A stretch of DNA of 63,021 bases, the filler included, from Bigelowiella natans CCMP2755 (taxonomy: Eukaryota > Protista > Cercozoa): assembly GCA_000320545.1 (NCBI GenBank). It is 5 parts of 5 records of this genome, joined end to end, with 100 filler letters (N's around TTAATTAATTAA, not from the genome) between each part and the next. Parts side by side here need not be neighbours in the genome. Positions count along the whole stretch, not along the records: positions 45,021 to 54,965 come from ADNK01000079.1; positions 55,066 to 63,021 come from ADNK01002851.1; 3 more parts are not named here. One strand, given 5' to 3'. Below, piece by piece: positions 52,402 to 63,021 of the stretch (position 1 is the stretch's first letter; every line of letters starts with the position of its first letter). The position numbers were made by a program, and so were the translations under genes. The notes under the pieces were generated by a model. That model worked only from the letters and a program-made list of their open reading frames with translations, searched no databases and was not told the origin of the DNA.

Positions 52402-52895
52402 AAGTAGTAGAAGTAGTACCAGCAGCAGCAGCTGCGGCGTACAAGAATGAATATATGATTTGTTTTTATCGCCTCAATTACCCCGATGGTTACTGCCAGC
52501 CACCGGGAAGTAAAAACCTCGATCGATTCGATGTGATGTGGGTGCGATGTGACGTGGCGTGGGGGATTAGAACCCCTTCCCCACCCGACTTTCTTCTATT
52601 CCGGTCAATAGCGTTTCGGTGCTTCTTGCGGGATACAAAAAAGAAAAACCGCTCTCTAATCAGACAGACTGCTAGCTGATGTGTCGTTAGTGCGGACTCT
52701 ATAGTCTGTTGGGATTAGCCGTGATCTCTCTCTTGGTGTCTCTTTTGCGAAATGTTATGTTGTTGGTAGGCATTGGCAGCGCGGGATACGAGGGCTGTGC
52801 AAGAGGAGCGCTTGAAAATGCTGTTGGGCAAGTTCGCCAACATAAGCAAATTCTTCATTCGAAAGCGTCCATCGGCAGCGTCGGGTAATAGTTAA
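49236..52895 (+). CDS. Hypothetical multi-exon protein with low-complexity and K/E-rich regions
   Basis: Splice-bounded exons at 49236-49400, 49532-49645, 49735-50021, 50284-50582 (KWSCQCG...RKHLLNSC, possible Zn site), 51601-51840, 51907-52359 and 52780-52895. Confidence 0.6.
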
Positions 52896-53049
52896 AAGCG
52901 TTTTGTGTGGAGGTGCCGACGGCCCGGCTCGGCCCGTCGCGGCCGGCGCTCGAATAATCTGGGAGAAGTAGACTTCTTAGAGATATCCTAGTTCGCCAGT
53001 GTGAAATGACCAACTTCGGATCGAAATGAAACGTGTAGCTATAGGAAAT

Positions 53050-53880
53050 AGAAGAGAATAATGAAGGGCCAAGATGAGTTCTTGGCGTGCCGAGATGTAT
53101 TGACAGAATGCTTGCATTGAAATATCGCTAGATCGTCCGGTGTAAGCCTAGCTACTACATTGTAGAACTAGTTAGAATTGTAGATTAACAGCAAAACGTG
53201 TGAAAAATGATATCTTGTTACATTAACATTGCATCATTCTTATTAAGTCCTTTCACATTCACTGTTGCGAAGGATGCTAAGCTTGATGTCAGACAAATGC
53301 ACGCGCTGCTAGCTAGCTACGCGCTCTTCTGGTAAATTTGTTGGCAATGTTTTAACCACTCTGGTACTGTCCTATCTAGCTATGCCTGCACCGCCATGGA
53401 CCGCTAGATAGTGGATCTAATCAATGCAGCAGTACTCTAGGTACTACAGTGTAGGCAATATAATAGACACAGCAATACACTATATATATTATTGCATGTC
53501 TATCATCAATGCCTGGAATCTAGACTGATGATGCTACACATGATAGCGCTAAAGCGGTGCACAGAAATGGGATGGATTTTCTCACACATGGTCACATCGC
53601 ATTGCATGTGCACCCACCTAGCCACGCAGCCACGCTTACTAGCTTAGATACAACCTCCAGACTAGCAGAGCTGCATGCATACGCGCGCGTATAACGCTGT
53701 GACTATGGCGCTAGCTATAACACTAGAATAGCCTTAGTTCGCATCATTCAAGCGCATCGTGGATAATCATGCTGCACGACATCTCTCCGGAGACGCCGTG
53801 TTTCTTCTCATGTACAATATAAGTGTGAACGCGCTGTTGCTACTTCGGCACTTAGCATGGAGCGCCTTTTCCTAGTCATA
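53050..53880. other. CTAG/RY-rich intergenic island between convergent genes
   Basis: About 14 CTAG counted by eye in ~0.8 kb. Confidence 0.65.
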
Positions 53881-53969
53881 TGCCCCTCCGATTAGCCCTT
53901 TCGCCCACACGGCGACGCACTGAAGATGGGCGTCTCTCTTCAAGCCTCGCTGTCACTGATAAGGGGCAT
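53880..53969. ncRNA. Candidate ~90-nt structured element (terminal stem, internal hairpin, CTGA boxes)
   Basis: atgcccct/aggggcat closing stem; inner acggcga/tcgctgt and tgaaga/tcttca stems; CTGA just before the 3' stem. Confidence 0.25.
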
Positions 53970-53981
53970 TAATAAAAACAA

Positions 53982-54950
53982 TCAGACCAAAATGAACCAA
54001 AAAACCACTTTTAACTGCAAAAGAGGATGATGCAGCTGGTCCGGAGCAAAGACACGAGTCATCGCAGAACAACGGCACGCGCACACGCAACAATCACAAC
54101 CGCCAGGCCGCCGAAAGAAGAGAAACCTATTCGTGTAGGAGAACGTCTCATTGAACGGCTTGGCCGCGGACGACGAGACCAGCCGAGGGAGGCGCGTCAG
54201 CAGCACATTCAAGTTAAATCTCGCTTCGATCCATTCCCGGACGTCGGTAACCCTCGGGTCGGAGAGAAACCCCAAGAACGGCTCGAGGCGCGAGAGCTCG
54301 TCGTCGGTCACGTTGCCGTAGAAGCTGTCGATGGGGACGCCATTCGTGAGTTGGAACGCAAAGGCGCGAATGGCGTTGTCCACGAGGATGGTTTGGCTGA
54401 GAGGTCGGCCGAGCACCTGGAGGTCCTTGATGTAGTTCCCTTGCAGCAGCACGCAGGAGCTGCGGTATAGCCGGTGCGAAATGGAGGAGTTGTTTGGGTC
54501 GAGGAAATTCAGCACGCGGTCAGCGTATAGCTTCTGGGCGGATGTGAAAACCACCACCTGTTTTGGCATCATTTCGGCGTCGTCACCAGGCCTTGCAACC
54601 CATGCACATGTGCCGCACATGCACATACAACAGCAGCAGCAGCAACAACAACAACAAGAGGCGTGCCCATAGATGCAGATAGATGATCATCATCATCTTT
54701 AATCATCATCATTTTTATGACCAAAAACGAAAAAAACTATCCCCCCCCCCTCCCTCCACACACACACGCACGCACGCATGATGACGCATAGACACACACA
54801 CACACACACACACACACACCCATCCACCCACCTCGAATAGCTTCGACATCCGCTCGAGAAACCGCCGCGCGCCGGGGCGGAGCTTGACGTAGATGATATG
54901 CAGATGGCGCTTGATCTCGATGCCGAACTTCAGGTCAGGCTTCCGACCTC
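53982..54950 (-). CDS. CTD small phosphatase-like protein (FCP1/SCP, NIF-domain HAD phosphatase); 5' end lost in gap
   Basis: YVKLRPGARRFLERMSKLFE/VVVFTSAQKLYADRVLNFLDP...HRLYRSSC...GNYIKDLQVLGRPLSQTILVDN...FQLTNGVPIDSF...DDEL. Confidence 0.92.
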
Positions 54951-54965
54951 TAACACATCGAAGAT

Positions 54966-55065
54966 NNNNNNNNNNNNNNNNNNNNNNNNNNNNNNNNNNN
55001 NNNNNNNNNTTAATTAATTAANNNNNNNNNNNNNNNNNNNNNNNNNNNNNNNNNNNNNNNNNNNN
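54966..55065. other. Assembly gap with artificial linker
   Basis: 44 N + TTAATTAATTAA + 44 N. Confidence 0.97.
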
Positions 55066-55384
55066 GCTGGTCCCATCGGAGTAGAAAGGATTCTCCCAAA
55101 CTCTCCGTGTGACAAGGGCAACCCGTACGTCGTAAATGTGAAATAGCCTATGAAGCATGTAATTCCACACAATTGTGACACAGCGACACAGAATTAACAG
55201 CTTTTCCTTACGAAATCCCCTCGACTATTCGGTACGGATGATGTTGCTGGAGACGCTGATGTCGCGCCCACGTTATCATGCTGCCGAAAATTATTCATCA
55301 CCCGTGTCAACCCATTTAGGGTGCTGCAGGAGCGATCCGCGATGGCTCGCGCTCGATCGGGGGGGGGGGGGTAAGGAAAGTTAC

Positions 55385-55537
55385 TGCGCTAGAGGCGCCC
55401 CCACCGATCTTTCGGATCAGATACCTAATGTAAACCACCATATGATGGTGATGATAATGGCGGCGATGATGATGACGACGATTGCCGCTATGCATTTAAG
55501 GAAATGGTATTGATAACATAATGACGATGACCTTCGG

Positions 55538-55578
<41 letters not shown>

Positions 55579-58500
55579 TACAATGCTGCGAAATCAATGA
55601 TGTCGTGGCTGCCGAAGCGGGGCATCATGGAGGAAGAGTTTCTCCGCCGTGGTGATGAGTAGTGCCGTGGTCGCAGCAACGGATCTGCGAGCGAGGACTT
55701 CTTGTTGTCTGCAAAGAGCGAGGCCCGAACGCCCGCGCTTCTCCAATACCTATTTTTTGTGTGTGGATGCGTGTGAATGTGTGTTCTTCGCTCTCTTTCC
55801 AAATCTCCATGATGAGTTTCTCGGCCCAGCCTCCCCACTATCTCTCTCTGCGTGTCATCATCCTCATCATCATCATCCTCATCATCACTGCCGTGCATTG
55901 CAATAATCGTACTGCGAGTCTCTCCAGAGCACGGAGTAGACGACGAGGCCGTTCAGTCCGAAGAAGAGGGCCCATGGAGCGAAGCAGATCATGCGCGCGG
56001 GGAAGACTTGGTACCTGCTCACGCAGCCAACAAAAGCATTTCGTCAGGCTTTGCCACGCATACGAGATGGAAGAAATGTATGCACGTTTTTCCATATCCA
56101 TCAAAGTTTTTTTTAAAAAACCAGAACCAAAAAAATAAAAACCAAAAAAAAATCGCGTTTCCGCGCGCATTTCACACTGGACTGTAGTTCGCGAAGCTTG
56201 CTGCGATCTCACTCATCACAAGCAACGGACTCTCCCCATACTCTCGAGGAATGGAGAAAGTGGAAAAGGAAGGGGGCGGGGGGAGGGAAGCGCGCGCGGG
56301 AGGGGGGGGGGGGGGGGGCTGCAAAAGATGACTTAAATCGGTGGACGTATTTGGGCCAGGTATCTGCCTCCTCAAGCAACGTCTCAGGAATGAGGAAAAA
56401 GAACGTCAGCGACAGTGTCAACGTCAGCAGCACAAAGAGCAGCTTGAAGCCCACAAGATTGTTCACTGATGATCGATGCTGTTCCGTCTAATATCACGGG
56501 GGGTGGGGGGGGGGAGAGTCGTGGGGAATTTTTTTAAAAATTGACGATGAAGATGATGATGATTATATCATCACGGTCTGTCCTTATTCACAAGTCTATT
56601 ACTACCGCCGCATTAATCAGGGGTTGATGATGACGACGACCACATGCATCATTGCAGCAACATAGTAACCCGCATCTCCTACCACCGCACACCGTGTTCC
56701 TACCTGCCGAGCTTCCCCGTAGAGCATGACGTACGCACACCAGCAGGCCAGGGGCACACATAGCACCAGGAGGATACCGAGCCTTATCAGACTGTCATTG
56801 GCAAAGCCGGTCAGTCGTGAAAAGTGCGTTATCTGTGGAGAGTCTTGGTAGGGAAGCATTTCTGGAATGACGCTCATCACGCCCGAAATCGCCCCCAGAA
56901 TCACCTACCATCGCCGCGCACAAACAGCGGTCAGGTGTCAAATGCTGAAATGCCCCCCCTCCCCCCTCTTCCTCGCCCTCTCTCCTCGAGACAGGGAGGG
57001 CGGGAGGGAGGGACGGATTGAAAAGAAGGAGCAAGGATAGGAAATGAAAGGCATCTGGAGGCGGCATGGAATAAGCATAAGATGCTAACAAATTACCCCT
57101 ATTGTCATCGATCGTTTCCATATCCGATGGCCGGCGTTTTGGTGGGAGAGGTAGACGAGAAGCGACGCGTCGAGAGTCGTTCCCAAGGCGTTGCACGCAA
57201 ACACAAGAATCTTCGGTAAAATAAATTGGACCGTGAAGTCGGGCGGTGTGCGAGACGTGGGGGAGGTCGCAGTCATCGTCCACCTCTGCTTGGGATCTAC
57301 ATTACGGCGAGAACCAGGGGGGAAGGAGGGGGGGGGGGGGGAGTAGGAATCGAGCAGATTTTAAGTATATGTAGTCTGCAAATGCTGTGCTGTGTTCAAT
57401 AAAATACAACACACACACACACACACACACATATATGTGTGTGTGTGTGTGTGTGTGCGTCTATATGCACATTTTGTATCCGTACTAACACCGTTCGCAT
57501 TTGAATTTGGCTTTGAGCACTATCGAACGCTGCTGCTGCTGCTGCTACTCCTACACTTCCTACCGAGCTCGATCCAAACACTGACGGCGTAGAAGCAGAT
57601 CCACAGCACGCACAGCATGCATTCGAAGCGCAGAAACCAGTAATATGCCGGGAGTACCAAGGAGCTTCCGCGCCCGCTCTCGCCGGATTTCCATCTAATA
57701 GTGAACAGAAATTGACACATATATAGAAGAACGTTAAATAATAGGGCCAAAAAGCGCGAGCATGTGCGTGCACGACACGGAGAAGGAGGGGAAGAGAGAG
57801 AGGGGGGGGGGGAGGCGGGAGAGGTGACGAGAGACAGGGAAGGGGGAACCGAACAAAAAGACAGTCTTGGCATGTTATGCTATACCTGCTGTTTTCCGGT
57901 AGATTCGAATCACCTCTTTCCATAGCCACGCGCTCGGCGAGAGATTCCTCCATCTCTGGCAAGGCGGATCGTTCAACTAGCGCACGTTTCTGGGCCCTCC
58001 TCAAGTAGATGAGCACCAGGATGAGGACCAGCAGTTCAACGAGCAGAAACACTATGATGGCCCCAAGCATCACCAAATAGTAAGAATCCAGCCCTGTGGC
58101 GCACTCGTCGATGTACCTGTCGGATTATATATATATATATTTTTTAAAAAATAGAGAAAGGGAGGGGGTTGATTTGGGCAGCGAGCGGTGTGGAAAAAGT
58201 GAACGAACCCCATCCAGCAATTTGACCTCAGGATTTAACAATTATGCGCCGAAGGGCTGTTTCATTCTCACCTGGATTGAGCTTCTTTGCAGTGCGGAGA
58301 ACGGCGATGAAATATCTGCTGGGGGTTCCAACCATCACAGTCAGGAGGTAAGTGTATGTCGCACATGGTGCCCTCCAGCTGGTCACCCGGGCGGTATCTA
58401 AAGGCGTTCTGGACGGGGGGCTAAGCCGACTGTACCTCCCCCTTATCAACTCCCTAGTATTGCTCCACAATCGACACCTCGCCGTTCGTGCAAGGATTTT

Positions 58501-58800
58501 CCTTCGCTCCTTCCCTATTTACACCGGCAAAAGGCTGTTTGCCATGGTTATCGGGGGGGCAAGGTATGCTCGTGCGCCATTTCAGGAGATTTGTGTACAA
58601 TTCCCTTCCTTTGAAGGAAAAGTGCATGCGGATTTATTACATGCGACAACATCGAGTACCGGTCGTGCAAAGCGAGGCCGAAGTGAGTTTGTTTCTGCTT
58701 CCGACTACTAGAAAATCCTGTCGCTTATACTAAAACCAATGAGGTCTTCGTACGTCGAGGCATGCTCCAAGGAGAATGCCCTGAAACTTCAATAACTTCA
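55385..58800 (-). CDS. Multi-pass (GPCR-like) membrane protein fused to a protein kinase (GPCR-TKL type); kinase truncated by gap
   Basis: At least five hydrophobic helices (LVMLGAIIVFLLVELLVLILVLIYL; ILGAISGVMSVI; LGILLVLCVPLACWCAYVMLY; FKLLFVLLTLTLSLTFFFLI; MICFAPWALFFGLNGLVVYSVLW), then RDSQYW...IIDFAAL/YLIRKIGGGASSA (kinase Gly-rich loop, exon 55385-55424). Start uncertain. Confidence 0.7.
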
Positions 58801-58933
58801 ATGCTACATCACGTTTTATGTCATGTCGTATAGATAAAAACACACCTATTTTGTCTATATTCTCGAATGATTGTGTGTCCGACAATGTCTTAAAAAAGGG
58901 ACATAATCGCACAGTTACGATCGATCGAGCTCA

Positions 58934-60033
58934 ATGGCAGGCGCTCTCATCGGCGGGGCTGTGTTTCTGGGACTGGGAGGCCTCCTCCATGCGAGTCGCT
59001 TGAATTCAATCGAGGTGGTGAGGTCAATGAAGGCAGAGAAAACCACCACGCTTGCTTCAGCCTCCGAAAAGCTTCTCAAGATGCCTGGAGACGCGCCTTC
59101 GATGTCTGCATCCTCATTTTATGTTTATAATAATGTCTGAGTCTTTTTCCTTTGGGTTAGCTACGTTGAACTCGCCGCCAAGATCTGCTGCAAGAATGCG
59201 ATAGTGCGAGAGGACACGCGCGAGAAGGTCCGTCAGCATCGGTTTGGTGGGTGTTCCCGGATTACACCGAACGAAAAGCGACGAAACACCTCTCTCTCCT
59301 CTTCCTCTTCGGAAAATAACATGTGCTATCTACTACGACAGCTGTCGGTAACCTGCCACTGCATATATTTGCAGGTCGCGGCGCTGAAACGTGAGGTTTA
59401 CAAGAAGGAGCGTGTTGAGGAATGGGACAACAAGACCCAGAAGGTCAAATCTCGGCTGAGGAAATTAATCGTATCCCAGGACCTTCGATCGGTGTGTCAA
59501 CTGTGTTTCGTCGTTATTCCATTTTTGCTGCTGCGACTGCTTTGATAAATGTCTTTTCTGCACGCTGACCTTCTCGTTCTACTTATGCCCCCCCCCCCCA
59601 TCCTTAGGGACAAATAGGGATCCAAGACGTCGATCCTTCTTTACTTGAAACCGAGGTGAAAAGGCTCGAGCAGCTCGTGGAGAGGAAGAAGAACGTACGA
59701 AGAGGAAGAAAAGAAGAAAATATGGAGAAGGGGGAGTTGGGACGAGTATACAAAAGCTAACGACACATGATGACAACAACAATGAGCTCTAGAAAATCAA
59801 AAGCATCGCCTTCAAACCTGAACGCAATTGTGCGCCATGCAACGCATTTATGGCGCTAGTTCTAAGCGCAGGAGCTCATCAAAGATAATGATCTTCACAC
59901 GTAAACACACACGCGCACACTCACACAGGAGCTCAGTAGCTTTGGGTCGATGCTCAGCCGCAACAAGTATAAGAAGGAGTTGGAAGACATTCAGCAAGAA
60001 CTATACGACAAGAAACGTAGGCAGCTGCATTTA

Positions 60034-60072
<39 letters not shown>

Positions 60073-60264
60073 TTTGTGAATAAATGGTAGTGATATTGAA
60101 CCGAGTCCCCCTCCCCCTCCCCCTCCCTATCCTCCATACGAATAGAGTGTCGGACTGTCGCGGATGTGAAGGCTGATAGCATCAGGGTCGAAGGTAGCAA
60201 CTGCCTCTCGATTTCTTTGTACAGGAAGCTCTTTACGGATCTTTCGTTTGTGTGCGTAAATACA

Positions 60265-60341
<77 letters not shown>

Positions 60342-60665
60342 GAGAAAATATATGAACACTGGGGATTCGAGTGGCATCGTCCTTTTCTTCCTCTCTCCCC
60401 TTTCGACTTTCACAGATCTACTCAAGGACGCAGGCACCACGTTTGCCCCCCGCCGCTACCAACATCAACGTCAATATAAACTTGAACGTGACGAACAACA
60501 ACAACGACGGGCAGGTGTGGGACTTTGGTTGTCCGCGCGATGCTTGCTATGGAGAGCAGCAGCACTCCTGATGGCGTGTATATCTATTTGGCCGCTCGGC
60601 GCCCCTTTCTGTTTGTGTAGATCCTCGTGGTTATCATGCAGCGGTCATCTCGTTACGTCTTTTTT

Positions 60666-60696
<31 letters not shown>

Positions 60697-60944
60697 ACCT
60701 CATGCTTTGTGTACGCGCTCCCCGCGCGCGCGCGCACGTGAGTGTTACGTGTGCGTTTGTATAATTCTAGTTGATGGCACACACAGGCCAACCCCGAATC
60801 CTTCCGAATATCCGAAGCACACGACTGAAGGCTACGAGACCGTCACAAAAGTAGTGCCGTTGGGAGAGGAGCTCTACTGTCTTGGAGAGGTAGTTATCAT
60901 GCCCATATCCTGCAATCAATGAGCAGCCTTGATTCAGAATCATC

Positions 60945-60982
<38 letters not shown>

Positions 60983-61724
60983 GTATATTTAAGTCGTCGT
61001 CGGCTGCGACGGTTTTTATACTGTGTCCTTGAAGGGAAAGTTACGTTGATGTTGCTTTTCCGCCCGCTGAGAAATGTTGTACAATTGTTGCGCCAAGTGC
61101 AGCAAAAGTAACGGCGTTGCAAGGAGCGCCTCTGCGGCCGCTGTCCTACTTGCAAACAAGGGCAAAAACACTATTCGTCTTGCCCTCACCTCATTTCCGG
61201 CACCATCCTCACCACCTCCGTCATCATCATCATCATATCAGTGGGTTCATTGATAATTAACACATTGCTGCTGCTACTACTGCAGTTGAGCCTTAACAAG
61301 AAATCCAACAAGCTGTCCTTCGGTCGCGATCCGTCGAGGCCATTCGTCTTCCAGTACGGCTCCGAGGATGAAGTCATGCGAAGGGCGCTGGTGAGAGGAA
61401 GAGAGAGAGAGAGAAGGGAGCGGGGCACGGGGAGCAATACTTGCAGCACGCTTTTATCGTGTGTGGATCTCCACCTTGTTTTGGATTGGGAACTTACAAT
61501 GGGTTTTAACGCAATCAATCTCGCATTTGTAGTAATTCGCTTTCCTCCCATATGATTATCCCCCCCTCCCCCCCTCTTCATCCGCAACTTCTCACCACCA
61601 ACACATCGCCTATCCCCGTCAGTCTCAGCAGAACTTCATGAAGTATGGCAGCTATGGATGCTTCGCAATAGGGGCGGGCTGGATGGCGGTGGGGGCATAC
61701 CAGATGGCCGTCGATAACGAGTAG
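58934..61724 (+). CDS. GIDE-domain (MUL1/MAPL/SP1-like) two-TM protein without RING
   Basis: N-terminal TM MAGALIGGAVFLGLGGLL, then YVELAAKICC, EGYETVTKVVPLGEELYCLGE, RPFVFQYGSEDEV and a C-terminal TM YGSYGCFAIGAGWMAVGAY...E*. Confidence 0.7.
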
Positions 61725-61779
61725 GATTTTCGGCTCTAAGCTGTCATTTGCAGCGTCTTGAGGCAAGTTAATAGTGGCA

Positions 61780-62480
61780 ATGGACATGCTAGCATGCTAA
61801 TGCTGCACGGCGCTTCATGCTGGCACCAAACGCTGTCATGGTGTGTTGCGTTTCGCAGGCCAACTTGTACTTCTATACTTTGCGACTATTGACTGCACAT
61901 GCACTATAGCACAAGCATAAGTGTGATGGTCTTGTCTGGGCCAAGTGCATGTTCGACGCTAGTATTGCTACCAGGCGTCTTGGCTAATTTGCATGCGCGC
62001 AGCGACACGAATTAAGCAAGTAGCATAGTGTATGTGTCTGTATGTGTGTAAATGTGGCGAGTCCATTTGTGTGTGTGCGCGGCGCGCAGTTTCGCCGTCA
62101 TCATGTGATCCGACAAGCAATAGATGTACAATTAGAAATCATAGACATACGTAATATAATATATACATAGTAAATATAATATTTGTCATGTACATACGCA
62201 ACGTATACATGTGTATGCATGTGCACATGCATATATAGTAAATGTAATATTACTGTGTCTATTATAAAAAAGACTTAAACATATCATTACATCCGTCTCA
62301 TAATGTGTGCGTTGGACTATCAGCAGCATCGCAGCAGCAGCAATAGCAGCACGCATATACATTAGACATCGCAGAACATCATCTTTTAACATGGCGCGTG
62401 GCAGACGATGCGTGGAATGGAATGCAGCTGAGCCAGGTGAGCCTATTTGATCGTTGTCTACTCCAAACGAGAACTTAGCA
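61780..62480. other. CTAG/RY-rich intergenic island
   Basis: gcatg/ctag-rich non-coding DNA containing repeat copy I. Confidence 0.6.
62255..62302 (+). repeat. Dispersed island repeat, copy I
   Basis: gtgtctattataaaaaagacttaaacatatcattacatccgtctcata. Confidence 0.8.
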
Positions 62481-62576
62481 TGATAAAGCATAATCACAGT
62501 CTTTATTTTTATTAGAAGCTTGCATTCTCTCCCCGTATACGTCGGGACGTCTCAGTCTGTTCCAGACTCCAAATCG

Positions 62577-63021
62577 ATGCCCTTGAGCCGCTTAGCCGCC
62601 TCTGCCATCGTCTCGCGTTTCTTGCAAATCGCAATGCGGATTCCTAATTGCGCCCGAAGGACACCGCCCCGCAGCGCGAGAACAAGCAACGTTCAGATCG
62701 AAACAAAATACACACAGACACACACACACACACACTCGTTGTGCTTTCAAGATGAGATGAAATCACGCCGCTCCTCGACGTCTCGACGCGTATCATCTTC
62801 GTCAGCTAATCGGGACGACTATCATCATGCATGCATTCGAGCTTCACGGAATGCCTACAAACATGCACATTCATAACCTCTGCCGGCAGCGGAGGAGTCA
62901 AGGTCACAGGCGAAACTTGAGAGGGGGAGCACCATCACACCCGCGCCCCTCACTAGCCTCTCCACCACCTCGAATTCTGATTGGTGGGACGACGAGGTTG
63001 AGAGGATGAGACTAGGATGCA
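62577..63021 (+). CDS. 5' end of a hypothetical gene with a transit-peptide-like start
   Basis: MPLSRLAASAIVSRFLQIAMRIPNCARRTPPRSARTS followed by an (AC)n-containing putative intron; runs off the window. Confidence 0.3.

Noticed and set aside
53918-53945. Hammerhead ribozyme (CTGAAGA core)
   Set aside because: No GAAA after a stem II on the same strand.
5037-62302. Island repeat as a CRISPR array or spliced-leader gene
   Set aside because: Copies are kb apart in both orientations with no regular spacers or cas genes; no match to spliced leaders I know and no consistent donor site.
1-63021. tRNA/rRNA genes, transposase or reverse-transcriptase ORFs, viral insertions, alternative genetic code
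   Set aside because: None recognisable by eye; TGA, TAG and TAA all end genes normally.

Overview
Intron-rich eukaryotic nuclear DNA from a draft assembly. Four artificial 100-bp gaps carry a TTAATTAATTAA linker, and contig ends are low quality. About 18-20 spliced genes can be reconstructed by eye: an LRR protein, a peroxisomal hotdog thioesterase, a METTL22-like methyltransferase, a PAP2/haloperoxidase-superfamily phosphatase, an ABC1/ADCK kinase, a secreted CBM9-like protein, a double-UVR-motif protein, a rhomboid-like pseudoprotease, 2-oxoglutarate dehydrogenase E1, the Mfd C-terminus, DUF3181, a CTD small phosphatase, a multi-TM receptor kinase, a GIDE-domain protein and several hypotheticals. 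Mfd and a DUF3181 protein with a signal-plus-transit leader suggest an alga with a secondary plastid (chlorarachniophyte-like; inference). Most introns contain microsatellites. The main unexplained structure is a set of 0.5-1 kb intergenic islands that are CTAG/RY-rich, CC/GG-poor and largely microsatellite-free. They recur every ~4-9 kb next to gene 3' ends, and many carry a dispersed ~50-70 bp repeat with core TCATTACATCCGTCTCATA. Exon joins, gene starts and motif counts are manual estimates; no database searches were run.
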